A DNA stretch of 64,000 nt from an uncultured Gemmatimonadales bacterium. GTDB taxonomy: Bacteria; Gemmatimonadota; Gemmatimonadetes; Palauibacterales; Palauibacteraceae. This document shows positions 1 through 8,256 of the stretch, in pieces. The DNA is taken from the NCBI GenBank assembly GCA_963783385.1, contig CAWANJ010000002.1, forward strand, positions 128,001 to 192,000, given 5' to 3'. The notes beneath the pieces were generated by a model. The model made no database searches. It was given only the letters and a program-made list of their open reading frames with translations, and was not told the DNA's origin. The translations under genes and the position numbers were made by a program. How positions within the stretch are numbered: the stretch's first letter is position 1; every line of letters starts with the position of its first letter.

Positions 1-1090
1 CGGGAGCATCCGGCGACGCCATGGACGCCTGGTGGCCATGGCGCGCTCAGCCCGTGACGAGGAGGCCGTGCGACGACTGTCCCGGATCGCCGGGGAGCTC
101 CAGAAGCAGGCGGTCCTGGCGCTGCGGGAGGCCGACATCGTTCTCTCCACGCTCGCCCGGCTGGCCGTGTGGGACGACCTGGCCGCCCTGCGCTTCGACT
201 CGCTGGTCCTCGATGAGGCCTCCACCTCGCCCCTCCCCTACGTGTGCCTGGCCGCGGCCCAGACGTCGGGCCGCGCCGTGGCGATCGGCGACTTCCAGCA
301 GCTTCCCGCCGTGGTCGTCTCGCGCGGAGAGTCGGCCGAGCGCTGGCTGTCCAGGGACGCGTTCAGGGAAGCGGGGGTCGTCGGGGACGCTCCGCCCGGG
401 GAGCTCGTGCTCCCGGCCGCGCACGATCAGCTGTGCGCGATGCTCACCGAGCAATACCGCATGGCGCCGCCGGTTCGAGAGCTGGTCAGCGACCTGTTCT
501 ACGGCGGACGGCTGGAGGACGCGGCCGAGGTCGTCGAGCGGAAGGGGCCGGCCTGGCCGCTGGTGCTGCTGGACACCGACTCGCTCGACCCGTCCGTCCA
601 GCGCCAGGAAGGCTCTCGCGCCAACGCGGAGCACGTGGAGGCCGTGGTCCGCTTCCTGGAGGTGGCCGCGAAGGAGGGGATCGACGACGTGGCCGTGGTG
701 GTCCCGTACCGATTGCAGGCCCGGCGGCTGGGACAGCTCGTCCGGGCGCGGCTCGGCCGGGCGGCGCCCCGGGACCTCGAGGTGAGCACCGTGCACCGCT
801 TCCAGGGTCGCGAGAAGAGCCTGGTCGTGTTCGACACGGTCGACGCGCCGCCCGACCGGAGCTGGTTCCTGCACGAGGGGAGGAACCGGGACTTCCCGCG
901 CCTGCTCAACGTGGCGCTGTCGCGAACGCGCTTCATGCTCGTCGTGGTGGCCGCCGTCGACGGCCTGCGCCAGGTGCTCCCCGAGGAGGCCCTCCTGAAC
1001 CGCGTCGTGGACCGGATCCGGGAGCGTGGCACCGTCCTCGATGCGAAGCACATTGCCGATGCGCCGCGCCTGTTCCGGGAGGTCTCGTGA
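1..1090 (+). CDS. Superfamily I DNA/RNA helicase (UPF1/DNA2-like), C-terminal part; 5' end outside window
   Basis: ORF 32..1090 has SF1 motifs: LDEAS (Walker B), GDFQQL (III), QYRM (IV), STVHRFQGRE (V), LLNVALSR (VI). No Walker A in the window, so truncated. Confidence 0.85.
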   Translation, partial: GSIRRRHGRLVAMARSARDEEAVRRLSRIAGELQKQAVLALREADIVLSTLARLAVWDDLAALRFDSLVLDEASTSPLPYVCLAAAQTSGRAVAIGDFQQLPAVVVSRGESAERWLSRDAFREAGVVGDAPPGELVLPAAHDQLCAMLTEQYRMAPPVRELVSDLFYGGRLEDAAEVVERKGPAWPLVLLDTDSLDPSVQRQEGSRANAEHVEAVVRFLEVAAKEGIDDVAVVVPYRLQARRLGQLVRARLGRAAPRDLEVSTVHRFQGREKSLVVFDTVDAPPDRSWFLHEGRNRDFPRLLNVALSRTRFMLVVVAAVDGLRQVLPEEALLNRVVDRIRERGTVLDAKHIADAPRLFREVS

Positions 1091-1533
1091 GGGTGATCGT
1101 GCAGCGCGTATCGCGCGCGGAGGTCCGGGTCGACGGAAGGGTGACCGGGGCCATCGACGCGGGCCTCCTCGTGCTGGCGGCCTTCGCGCCCGGGGACGGC
1201 GAGCCGGAGCTGGCCTGGATGGCGGACAAGCTGGCGGGCTTGCGCGTATTCGCGGACGCGGAGGGCCGCATGAACGTCTCGGCGCGCGACGCGGGCGGAG
1301 CCCTCCTGGTCGTGTCGCAGTTCACGCTGTACGGGGACGTGTCCCGCGGTCGCCGGCCGTCCTTCATCGGTGCCGCGGAGCCGGACGAGGCCGAGCGGCT
1401 CTACGACCGATTCCTCGAGCTGTGCCGGGGCACGGGCCTGCCCGTCCACAGCGGCGAGTTCGGGGCCATGATGGACGTCGAGCTGGTCAACGACGGACCG
1501 GTCACGCTGCTCATCGACCGGGACGGGTCATGA
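1087..1533 (+). CDS. dtd: D-aminoacyl-tRNA deacylase
   Basis: GTG at 1087 overlaps the helicase stop (GTGA). MRVIVQRVSRAEV start, SQFTLYGD and NDGPVT motifs. Confidence 0.95.
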   Translation: MRVIVQRVSRAEVRVDGRVTGAIDAGLLVLAAFAPGDGEPELAWMADKLAGLRVFADAEGRMNVSARDAGGALLVVSQFTLYGDVSRGRRPSFIGAAEPDEAERLYDRFLELCRGTGLPVHSGEFGAMMDVELVNDGPVTLLIDRDGS

Positions 1534-1576
1534 CCGTGGGCGGACGGGGGCGGCGCTCCCTTTGGCGTGGACGGCC

Positions 1577-1736
1577 GGGAGGGGGGACGGGGAGGGCTCC
1601 CTCGGTCGCCTGCGCTGCGCGCCCGCCGAACGGCTCGGTGATGTCGTCATCCCGGTTCGCCCTGGTTTCCGGACCGAGACGCATCCAGGCCGCTGCGCTT
1701 CGGCTCGGCTCGGGAGCCCTCCCCGTCCCCCCTCCC
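1577..1736. repeat. 160-bp element bounded by a perfect 25-bp inverted repeat (MITE-like or structured RNA)
   Basis: GGGAGGGGGGACGGGGAGGGCTCCC (1577-1601) is the exact reverse complement of GGGAGCCCTCCCCGTCCCCCCTCCC (1712-1736); 110-nt spacer; intergenic. Confidence 0.8.
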
Positions 1737-1939
1737 TCCCATCTCCATCGGGCCGGACGCGCCGGGCCCGCCCGCACCCTCACGCCGGGAGGGAAGGGGT
1801 CACGGGGCTCTCCCGAACGCCGCCGGAGCGGAGCAGCGAAGAGATCACGTTGGCCCGAGATCCTCGGCGCATCCGGGTCCGGGCCGCACACCACGGTGTG
1901 CGGTGGGTGCGAAGCGCAGGCCGAGAGAGGGAGGGCCCC

Positions 1940-2464
1940 GTGACCCCTTCCCCGCCCACCACCGCGCCGAGGCCAGTGCGGATCGGCGTGATCGGCTCCG
2001 CCGACGCCGGTCCGGAGGCCCTCACGGCGGCGCGGGGCGTGGGCCGCGCCCTCGCCCGCGCGCGGGCCGTGGTGGTGTGCGGAGGGCTCGGCGGGGTCAT
2101 GGCGGCGGCCGCCGGGGCCGCGGCGGCCGAGGGGGGACTGGTGCTCGGCTTCCTGCCCGGCGAGGATCCATCGGCTGCGGCGCCCGGAGTCGGGCTCCCG
2201 ATCGCCACGGGATTCGGCGAGGCGCGCAACGTGCTGGTGGTGCGCGCCTCGGAGGCCGTCCTCGCGGTGGCGGGCGGCTGGGGAACGCGGAACGAGGCGG
2301 CCCTCTGCCTCAAGCTGGGGGTTCCGCTCATCGGGCTGCTCGACACGCTGGGCGGCTCGTTCTCGATCGAACGGTTCACCGATCCTGACACGGCGGTGGC
2401 CCGGGCCCTGGAAATGGCCACGGGCCGCCGGCGCGGACAGCATACACACGGGGAGACCACATGA
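1940..2464 (+). CDS. TIGR00725/LOG-family Rossmann-fold nucleotide-binding protein
   Basis: GTG at 1940 after a GGGAGG RBS; IGVIGS, VCGGLGGVM, ATGFGEARN, GGWGT motifs. Confidence 0.85.
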   Translation: MTPSPPTTAPRPVRIGVIGSADAGPEALTAARGVGRALARARAVVVCGGLGGVMAAAAGAAAAEGGLVLGFLPGEDPSAAAPGVGLPIATGFGEARNVLVVRASEAVLAVAGGWGTRNEAALCLKLGVPLIGLLDTLGGSFSIERFTDPDTAVARALEMATGRRRGQHTHGETT

Positions 2465-2898
2465 CGGCTTATCTCCTTCTCGTCACCCTCCTGGTGGCGC
2501 TCATCGTGAGCGTCGTCGCGTCGGCGACCCGAGACCGCAAGCAATCGCTCGAGGAAGACGCGCGTCCGGCGGCGAACGCCCGGCAGGAAGCGTTGCTCGA
2601 GGATCTGCGCGAGCTCGAGTTCGACTACGAGACCGGCGTGGTTTCGGAGGAGGAGTACCAGCGGCGCAAGCCGCTTCTGGCCCGTGAGGCCGTGGCGGCG
2701 CACGAAAGGGTCGAGGAGCTCGAGGGACCGAGCCCCGGGCGGCCCGCCGCGCCCGGGCGGCAGTCGGCCGCCGGCTCCGCCTGCACTTCCTGTGGAGCGC
2801 CGTTGCGCGAGGGCGCCCACTTCTGCGCTCGCTGCGGAGCGCCGGTGGCGGGGGCGGCGGGCGCCGGCGGCTCCCCGTCGCCGCGGAACGGCGGGTGA
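2461..2898 (+). CDS. Membrane-anchored protein with CcmI-like N-terminal segment and C-terminal zinc ribbon
   Basis: N-terminal TM helix, LRELEFDYETGVVSEEEY segment, CTSCG...FCARCG zinc ribbon; ATGA/GTGA overlaps on both sides. Confidence 0.65.
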   Translation: MTAYLLLVTLLVALIVSVVASATRDRKQSLEEDARPAANARQEALLEDLRELEFDYETGVVSEEEYQRRKPLLAREAVAAHERVEELEGPSPGRPAAPGRQSAAGSACTSCGAPLREGAHFCARCGAPVAGAAGAGGSPSPRNGG

Positions 2899-3929
2899 GC
2901 GAGAGGAAGCCGGTCGACCTCCGCTCGGACACGGTGACGCGTCCCACCCCCGGGATGCGCCGCGCCATGGCCGAGGCCGAGGTCGGCGACGACGTGCTCG
3001 ACAAGGACCCGACGGCGGCACGGCTGGAGCGACGCGTGGCCGAGCTGCTCGGCAAAGAGGCCTCCCTGTTCTTCCCGTCGGGGACGCAGGCCAACCAGGC
3101 GGCCCTCCTCCTCCACGGGCGGTCGGGGACCGAGGCGGTGTGCGAGGCGGAGTCCCACCTGTTCCACTACGAGTACGCGGACGCGGCCTTCCTGGCCGGC
3201 ATGCAGCTCCGGACGGTGGTCACGGACCGGGGGCACCCGCGCCGCAAGGCCTACGAGGCGGCCATCCGGCCCGGGGACCCGCACCATCCGCTGACCAGCG
3301 TCCTGTGCGTCGAGAACACCCACAACCTCCACGGCGGCGTCGTGGTCCCGCTCGAGGCGATGCGGGCCGTGAAGCGTCTCGGTGAGGAGCGCGGGCTCCC
3401 GGTGCACATGGATGGAGCCCGGCTGTGGAACGCGGCGGCGGCCGGCGGCGCCTCGCTCGAGGCATACGCGGCGTGCGCGGACACGGTCATGGTCTCGCTC
3501 TCCAAGGGGCTCGGCTGTCCGGTGGGATCGCTGCTGGCCGGGTCGCGGGAGGTCATCGACGAGGCCTGGCGCGTGCGCAAGAGGCTGGGGGGCGGCATGC
3601 GCCAGATCGGGATCCTGGCCGCGGCCGGCCTGTGGGCGCTCGACCACCACCTGGACAGGCTCCCCGAGGACCACGCCCGGGCCCGGCGGCTGGCCGAGGG
3701 CTGCGCGGGGATCGAGGGGCTCCGCCCGGACGCGCCGGAGACGAACATCCTCATGATCCACCTGGAGGACCCCGCTCCGGAGCCGGCGGAGCTCTCGCGT
3801 CGTCTCGAGGATCGCGGCATCCTCATGTCGCCGGAGGGGCCCGGTCGCTTGCGGGCGGTGACCCACCTCGACGTGGACGACGCGGGGATCGACCGGGCGC
3901 TCGAGGCTCTGCGGGCCGCGGCGGCCTGA
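2895..3929 (+). CDS. ltaE: Low-specificity L-threonine aldolase
   Basis: DLRSDTVT, SGTQAN, ENTHN, HMDGARLWNA, SKGLG (PLP lysine), GGGMRQ. Confidence 0.93.
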   Translation: MSERKPVDLRSDTVTRPTPGMRRAMAEAEVGDDVLDKDPTAARLERRVAELLGKEASLFFPSGTQANQAALLLHGRSGTEAVCEAESHLFHYEYADAAFLAGMQLRTVVTDRGHPRRKAYEAAIRPGDPHHPLTSVLCVENTHNLHGGVVVPLEAMRAVKRLGEERGLPVHMDGARLWNAAAAGGASLEAYAACADTVMVSLSKGLGCPVGSLLAGSREVIDEAWRVRKRLGGGMRQIGILAAAGLWALDHHLDRLPEDHARARRLAEGCAGIEGLRPDAPETNILMIHLEDPAPEPAELSRRLEDRGILMSPEGPGRLRAVTHLDVDDAGIDRALEALRAAAA

Positions 3930-4041
3930 TGCGCGACGCCTTCCCGGTTCGGCCTTCCCGACCGCGCGATGAGGCCGGCGTGAGGCCGGTTACGACCGTA
4001 TCCCCTGGTCGCAGGGGACGTCCGCGGGGCACCCGAAGAAA

Positions 4042-4070
4042 TTGCGAAGGGTCCCGGGCTGGCGTATACT
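4042..4070 (+). promoter_or_regulatory. Sigma70-type promoter for recA
   Basis: TTGCGA (4042-4047) - 17 nt - TATACT (4065-4070), 52 nt upstream of the recA ATG. Confidence 0.7.
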
Positions 4071-4122
4071 CGAGGTCCGCGATGGACGCCGCACCAACGA
4101 GAGGAAGAGGCAGGGAGCTCCG

Positions 4123-5181
4123 ATGGCCGTAGAGATCACGGACGAAAAGAAGAAGGCGCTCGACGTCGCGATCAACCAGATCGAGCGGCAGCACGGCAAG
4201 GGCGCCATCATGCGGCTCGGGGCCGAAGGGGCGCGCGTGAAGACGGAGGCTATTTCGACGGGCGCCATCAACCTCGACCACGCCGTCGGCATCGGGGGGG
4301 TCCCGCGGGGCCGCGTCACCGAGATCTACGGCCCGGAGTCCTCCGGGAAGACGACGCTCACGCTGCACGTCATTGCGAACGCGCAGAAGGAGGGGGGCGT
4401 GGCGGCCTTCATCGACGCCGAGCATGCCCTGGACGTCCAGTACGCGGAGAAGCTGGGCGTGGACACCGAGAACCTTCTCGTCTCCCAGCCGGACACCGGG
4501 GAACAGGCGCTGGAGATCGCCGAGGTCCTGGTCCGGTCGGGCGCGCTCGACGTCGTGGTCGTAGACTCGGTGGCCGCCCTCGTGCCCCGGGCCGAGATCG
4601 AGGGCGAGATGGGGGACGCGCACGTCGGGCTCCAGGCGCGCCTCATGTCCCAGGCGATGCGGAAGCTCACCGGCGCCATCGGCCGTTCCCGCACCGCCCT
4701 CGTATTCACCAACCAGATCCGCGAGAAGATCGGGGTCATGTTCGGCAACCCCGAGACGACCTCCGGCGGCCGGGCGCTCAAGTTCTACGCGTCGCTGCGC
4801 CTCGACATCCGCCGCATCGCCTCCATCAAGGAGGGGAACGAGCAGGTCGGGAACCGGACGCGGGTCAAGGTCGTGAAGAACAAGTGTGCTCCGCCGTTCA
4901 AGCAGGCCGAGTTCGACATCATGTTCAACGAGGGGATCAGCAACGAGGGCCTCCTCATCGACCTCGGGGAGGAGGCCGGAGTCGTCGACCGGGCCGGCGC
5001 CTGGTACTCCTACGGCGAGGACGTGCGGCTCGGGCAGGGCCGGGAGAACTCGAAGCAGTTCCTCAAGGAGAACCCGGACATCGCGGCCGAGATCGAGACG
5101 AAGATCAAGGACGAGCTCGGCCTCAGGAAGCCGGACGCCGCCTCCGAGGACGAGGAGGGCGAGCCGTCGGACGAGGATTGA
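4123..5181 (+). CDS. recA: Recombinase RecA
   Basis: ATG 4123 after GGGAG; GPESSGKTT Walker [25 protein letters not shown]. Confidence 0.99.
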   Translation: MAVEITDEKKKALDVAINQIERQHGKGAIMRLGAEGARVKTEAISTGAINLDHAVGIGGVPRGRVTEIYGPESSGKTTLTLHVIANAQKEGGVAAFIDAEHALDVQYAEKLGVDTENLLVSQPDTGEQALEIAEVLVRSGALDVVVVDSVAALVPRAEIEGEMGDAHVGLQARLMSQAMRKLTGAIGRSRTALVFTNQIREKIGVMFGNPETTSGGRALKFYASLRLDIRRIASIKEGNEQVGNRTRVKVVKNKCAPPFKQAEFDIMFNEGISNEGLLIDLGEEAGVVDRAGAWYSYGEDVRLGQGRENSKQFLKENPDIAAEIETKIKDELGLRKPDAASEDEEGEPSDED

Positions 5182-5197
5182 GCCGCCCGGTCGCCGG

Positions 5198-5677
5198 ATG
5201 CCGGCTGACGAGGACCCGCGCGAGGAGGCTCTGAGGCGGGCGTTCCGCTACCTCTCGCACCGCCCTCGCACGCGCTCCGAGCTGGAGCGCCACCTGGCGC
5301 GCCGCGGCTACGACGACGCGGTCGTGGCCGCCGCCCTCCGGCGCTGCGAGGCGCTGGGCTACGTGGATGACCCCGCGTTCGCGGTCTCCTGGACCCTGGA
5401 CCGGATCCGCCTTAAGCCCCGGGGCATCGCCCGGATCCGGATGGAGCTCCGTGAGAAGGGCGTGTCGGAGGAGGACGCGTGGGCGGGCATCCGCCACGCA
5501 TTCGCCGAGGAAGGGATCGAGGAGCGAGACCTGCTCGAGCGCGCGGCCGAGAAGCGTTGGAGGGCCCGGCGCTCGGAGGACCCGCGGACCGTCCGCCGCC
5601 GCCTGGCGGCCTACCTCGAGCGGCGCGGCTTTCCCTCCAACGACGTCCGCGAGATCGTGGACCACCTGGTGCGATAG
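5198..5677 (+). CDS. recX: Regulatory protein RecX
   Basis: Directly after recA; YLSHRPRTRSEL, GYVDDPAFA, ELREKGV, YLERRGF helical repeats. Confidence 0.9.
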   Translation: MPADEDPREEALRRAFRYLSHRPRTRSELERHLARRGYDDAVVAAALRRCEALGYVDDPAFAVSWTLDRIRLKPRGIARIRMELREKGVSEEDAWAGIRHAFAEEGIEERDLLERAAEKRWRARRSEDPRTVRRRLAAYLERRGFPSNDVREIVDHLVR

Positions 5678-5841
5678 GCGGCGACGAGGACTCGTACGGC
5701 CACCGCGCTGAACGGAGCCCCCGAAAGGTCGATGGCGTCCGCCATGCTACCGGAATTCTTCGGAGCGGCAGGTTCGACGTTCGCAGCGGGGCTCTCATCG
5801 AATGCTGGGGTGCTACACAGGGATAATCTACGATTCGCTGC

Positions 5842-5871
5842 TTGACAAAAAAGGTAAATGTGAGCGAGATT
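5842..5871 (+). promoter_or_regulatory. Putative promoter of the peptide cassette
   Basis: Perfect TTGACA at 5842-5847 followed by an A-tract; weak -10 (GAGATT, 5866-5871) at 18 nt; 50 nt before ATG 5922. Confidence 0.45.
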
Positions 5872-5921
5872 CCGATTCCAGCGGTTACGGAGTTTGTGGA
5901 ATCGTCGCTCGGGATGAGACC

Positions 5922-6140
5922 ATGCCCAAGCGCTTGATCGTAGCCATCTCCGCCGCGATTGTGACCATTTCGGGGTCGGCCTACCTGTTGTCGCCAGCTA
6001 ACGTCCAGGCCGCTACCGCATCTGCCGGGCTGTGCGACCAGAGTTGCCATTCGAATTCTGATTGCAGCGCTGATCCCCTATGCTCCAAGTGCTCAGCGAA
6101 TCCAAAGTCTCCCGCAAATGGCTCGTGTGGTGGCACATGA
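5922..6140 (+). CDS. Secreted 72-aa precursor of a six-cysteine (knottin-like) peptide
   Basis: MPKRLIVAISAAIVTISGSAYLLSPANVQA signal peptide (basic N-end, hydrophobic core, VQA/ASA cleavage), then C-x3-C-x5-C-x5-C-x2-C-x11-C-GGT. Confidence 0.75.
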   Translation: MPKRLIVAISAAIVTISGSAYLLSPANVQAATASAGLCDQSCHSNSDCSADPLCSKCSANPKSPANGSCGGT

Positions 6141-6165
6141 ACCTGACACATTTCCGGTCGCTGAC

Positions 6166-6209
6166 GAGTTGACCGGACCGGAGGTCGGGTCGGCTCATTC
6201 ACTTTCTGT
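6166..6209 (+). terminator. Stem-loop with pyrimidine-rich tail after the peptide gene (weak terminator or mRNA stabiliser)
   Basis: GAGTTGACC (6166-6174) pairs with GGTCGGCTC (6188-6196), followed by ATTCACTTTCTGT. Confidence 0.4.
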
Positions 6210-6221
6210 CGGGACGGTCGG

Positions 6222-6899
6222 GTGGGCCGGTCGGATCAATTTCAGAACGTAGCCGTGGGCATCCTCGCCGCGTGCGCGGTGGTCACGACGGCCCTGGTTG
6301 CGCGCCACGAACTGACCTCTCGTCGGCGAGCTCCCGAGAATCCAGGTCGGTACCGAGTCGATGCCCGGACGCAGAAGACCGCGCAGGACGGGGGGCACCT
6401 GATCGGCAATCGACAAGCCGCCTTGAAGATCGTGGAGTTTGCGGATCTGGAGTGTCCATTCTGCGCCCGAGCTCAATCCGTTCTGGACTCGGTGATGGAC
6501 GCCTTCCACGGACGGGTGGCCGTAATCTTCCGCCACGATCCCATTTCCGATCTCCATCCCCACGCCTTCCGCGCAGCTCTTTCCTCGGAATGCGCCGGGG
6601 AGCAGCATCGATTTCCTGCTTTTGTGCGCGAGATCTACGCCATCCAGGATTCTCTCGGGCTCATCCCCCGGGTCCAGCTTGCAGCGAGGGCGGGGGTCCG
6701 GGACACCATCCGATTCAAATCGTGCCTCGACAATGGGCGATATGAGGATGTGATTGCCAGGGACGCGCGTGCGGCGAGGCGCCTCGGCGTCTCAGGCACA
6801 CCGACGTTTCTGATCGGTGAGACCGTCCAGAGAGGTCTGCCCCCCGATAGCGTTCTGGTCCATGAGATACGAACTGCGCTGGGGGAGCGATCGCACTGA
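6222..6899 (+). CDS. DsbA/BdbD-family thiol-disulfide oxidoreductase with N-terminal membrane anchor
   Basis: IVEFADLECPFC active site, FRHDPI..LHPHA, GVSGTPTFLIG cis-Pro loop; N-terminal hydrophobic helix. Confidence 0.9.
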   Translation: MGRSDQFQNVAVGILAACAVVTTALVARHELTSRRRAPENPGRYRVDARTQKTAQDGGHLIGNRQAALKIVEFADLECPFCARAQSVLDSVMDAFHGRVAVIFRHDPISDLHPHAFRAALSSECAGEQHRFPAFVREIYAIQDSLGLIPRVQLAARAGVRDTIRFKSCLDNGRYEDVIARDARAARRLGVSGTPTFLIGETVQRGLPPDSVLVHEIRTALGERSH

Positions 6900-6978
6900 G
6901 ATACAGCCTCGTTCCCCTGCCCCGTCACGTACGGACGCCCGGGTCGGAGCCGCGGAAGCTCCTGCGGTCGGGACCGCG

Positions 6979-8170
6979 ATGGGCTCCACGGGTCTTCCGG
7001 ACGAAACGGCGATCTTCCTGTCTGATCTTCTTCCTCCTCCTGACCGGTCTGGCCGCTTGTGGCCGGCGCCCATCCCGGCCGACGACTCGGTTCGACCCCG
7101 ACGTGCCGCGAAGACTCTTGACAGCCAGGGCGGGGTGCCATGACTGCCTCGATGTGACGATCGTCGCGACCCTGGGGCGCGCGGGCGATTCGGTCTCGAT
7201 CGACGCCACGGCTCCTTTTGGGGCGTCGTGTTCGGTGCTCCATCTCGACAACGGCCACTTCGTGGTCAGCGGTCTCGTCGGTGGCGGGGAACTGGGGGTC
7301 TACGACGCACAGGGGAAGTGGCTTCGGGCCGTGGGACGCCCCGGTCAGGGGCCCGGGGAGTTCCAACGTCAACTGGACCTGGCTACGGTGGCCGGCGATA
7401 CGTTCGAAGTGTTGGACAGGTTCAATCTGCGTGCGACCAAAGCCACGTCGGCGGGCGAGTTCCTGGGCTCCTTCAGAACGCCCGAAGCTGCCAACGGACT
7501 CATCGCCATGGGCCGCGACCGGTGGCTGGTCCTGGAGACCCCGGGAAGCGCGGCTGTGCGAGACTCCCTGTTCGTCCTAGTCGACGATTCCGGAGCCGTC
7601 GTGCGCGCCTTCGGCGCGTCCTCGCCCGCTCTCGCCGATCTGGATGCATGGACGGCCGCCAGGGGCCGGGACGGGGACCTGTTCACCGCCAGCGTGTGGC
7701 ATTACGAGATTTATCACTGGACGAACCGGGGGAAGCTCGAGGAGACTTTCCTGCGCCACGCTCCGTGGTTTCCCGACGCACAGGTGGTAACTCCTCGGAG
7801 GCTGGACCGCATGTTCGGGGAGCTTCCACCCGTGGATTACCTGGAGCACATCGCGGTCGACGATCGCGGTCGACTCTGGACCTTCTCGCTGATTCCCGAT
7901 CCCGATTGGACGCCCGGCCCGACCCACTTCACGTCGCCGGCTTGGACTCGACACACTTTTGACACGATGGTGGAGGTCGTGGATGTCCGGGACCCCGTGA
8001 GAGCGAGGGTGGTCGCCTCGCGACGCTTCGATTCCGTCGTAGCTCCCATCTGTGGAAGGGATCTGCTCCTGTACCGGCTGATAGAAACAGCTGTGGGTGA
8101 CACTCGAGCCGAAATCTTGGCACCGCGAGTGACGGTCGCTGGCCACACTCCCGAGACAGACCGGAACTGA
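6979..8170 (+). CDS. Six-bladed beta-propeller (NHL/TolB-like) lipoprotein; start uncertain (probable extra G near ATG 6979)
   Basis: ORF 7103..8170 has VYDAQGKWLRAVGRPGQGPGEF and IAVDDRGRLW blade motifs. The same frame is open upstream and encodes KRRSSCLIFFLLLTGLAAC (lipobox Cys 7058-7060). Confidence 0.7.
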
Positions 8171-8223
8171 AAGGCCCGCCCCGTGCCTCCACGCACAGGC
8201 TGACTCCCGGCCTCCGCGTGACG

Positions 8224-8255
8224 CTCCGGTTCCCCGGCCGGCGGGGGAATCGGGG
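8224..8255. terminator. GC-rich hairpin between convergent genes
   Basis: CTCCGGTTCCCC (8224-8235) pairs with GGGGAATCGGGG (8244-8255), immediately past the carbonic anhydrase stop. Confidence 0.45.
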
Positions 8256-8256
8256 C

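Noticed and set aside
1562-1939. N-terminal extension of the TIGR00725 ORF to 300 aa
   Set aside because: The extension runs through the inverted-repeat element and is low-complexity; a good RBS precedes GTG 1940.
5732-5845. 37-aa ORF (MASAMLPEFF...) upstream of the peptide gene
   Set aside because: Only a weak RBS, no recognisable motif, and its stop lies in the putative -35; no support for coding.
5802-5921. Longer 112-aa version of the peptide ORF starting at 5802
   Set aside because: The extension overlaps the TTGACA promoter and would bury the signal peptide; ATG 5922 gives a clean N-terminal signal.
5922-6140. Six-Cys peptide as a ranthipeptide/SCIFF, sactipeptide or lanthipeptide precursor
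   Set aside because: No radical-SAM or Lan enzyme nearby; a Sec-type signal peptide and adjacent DsbA point to disulfides.
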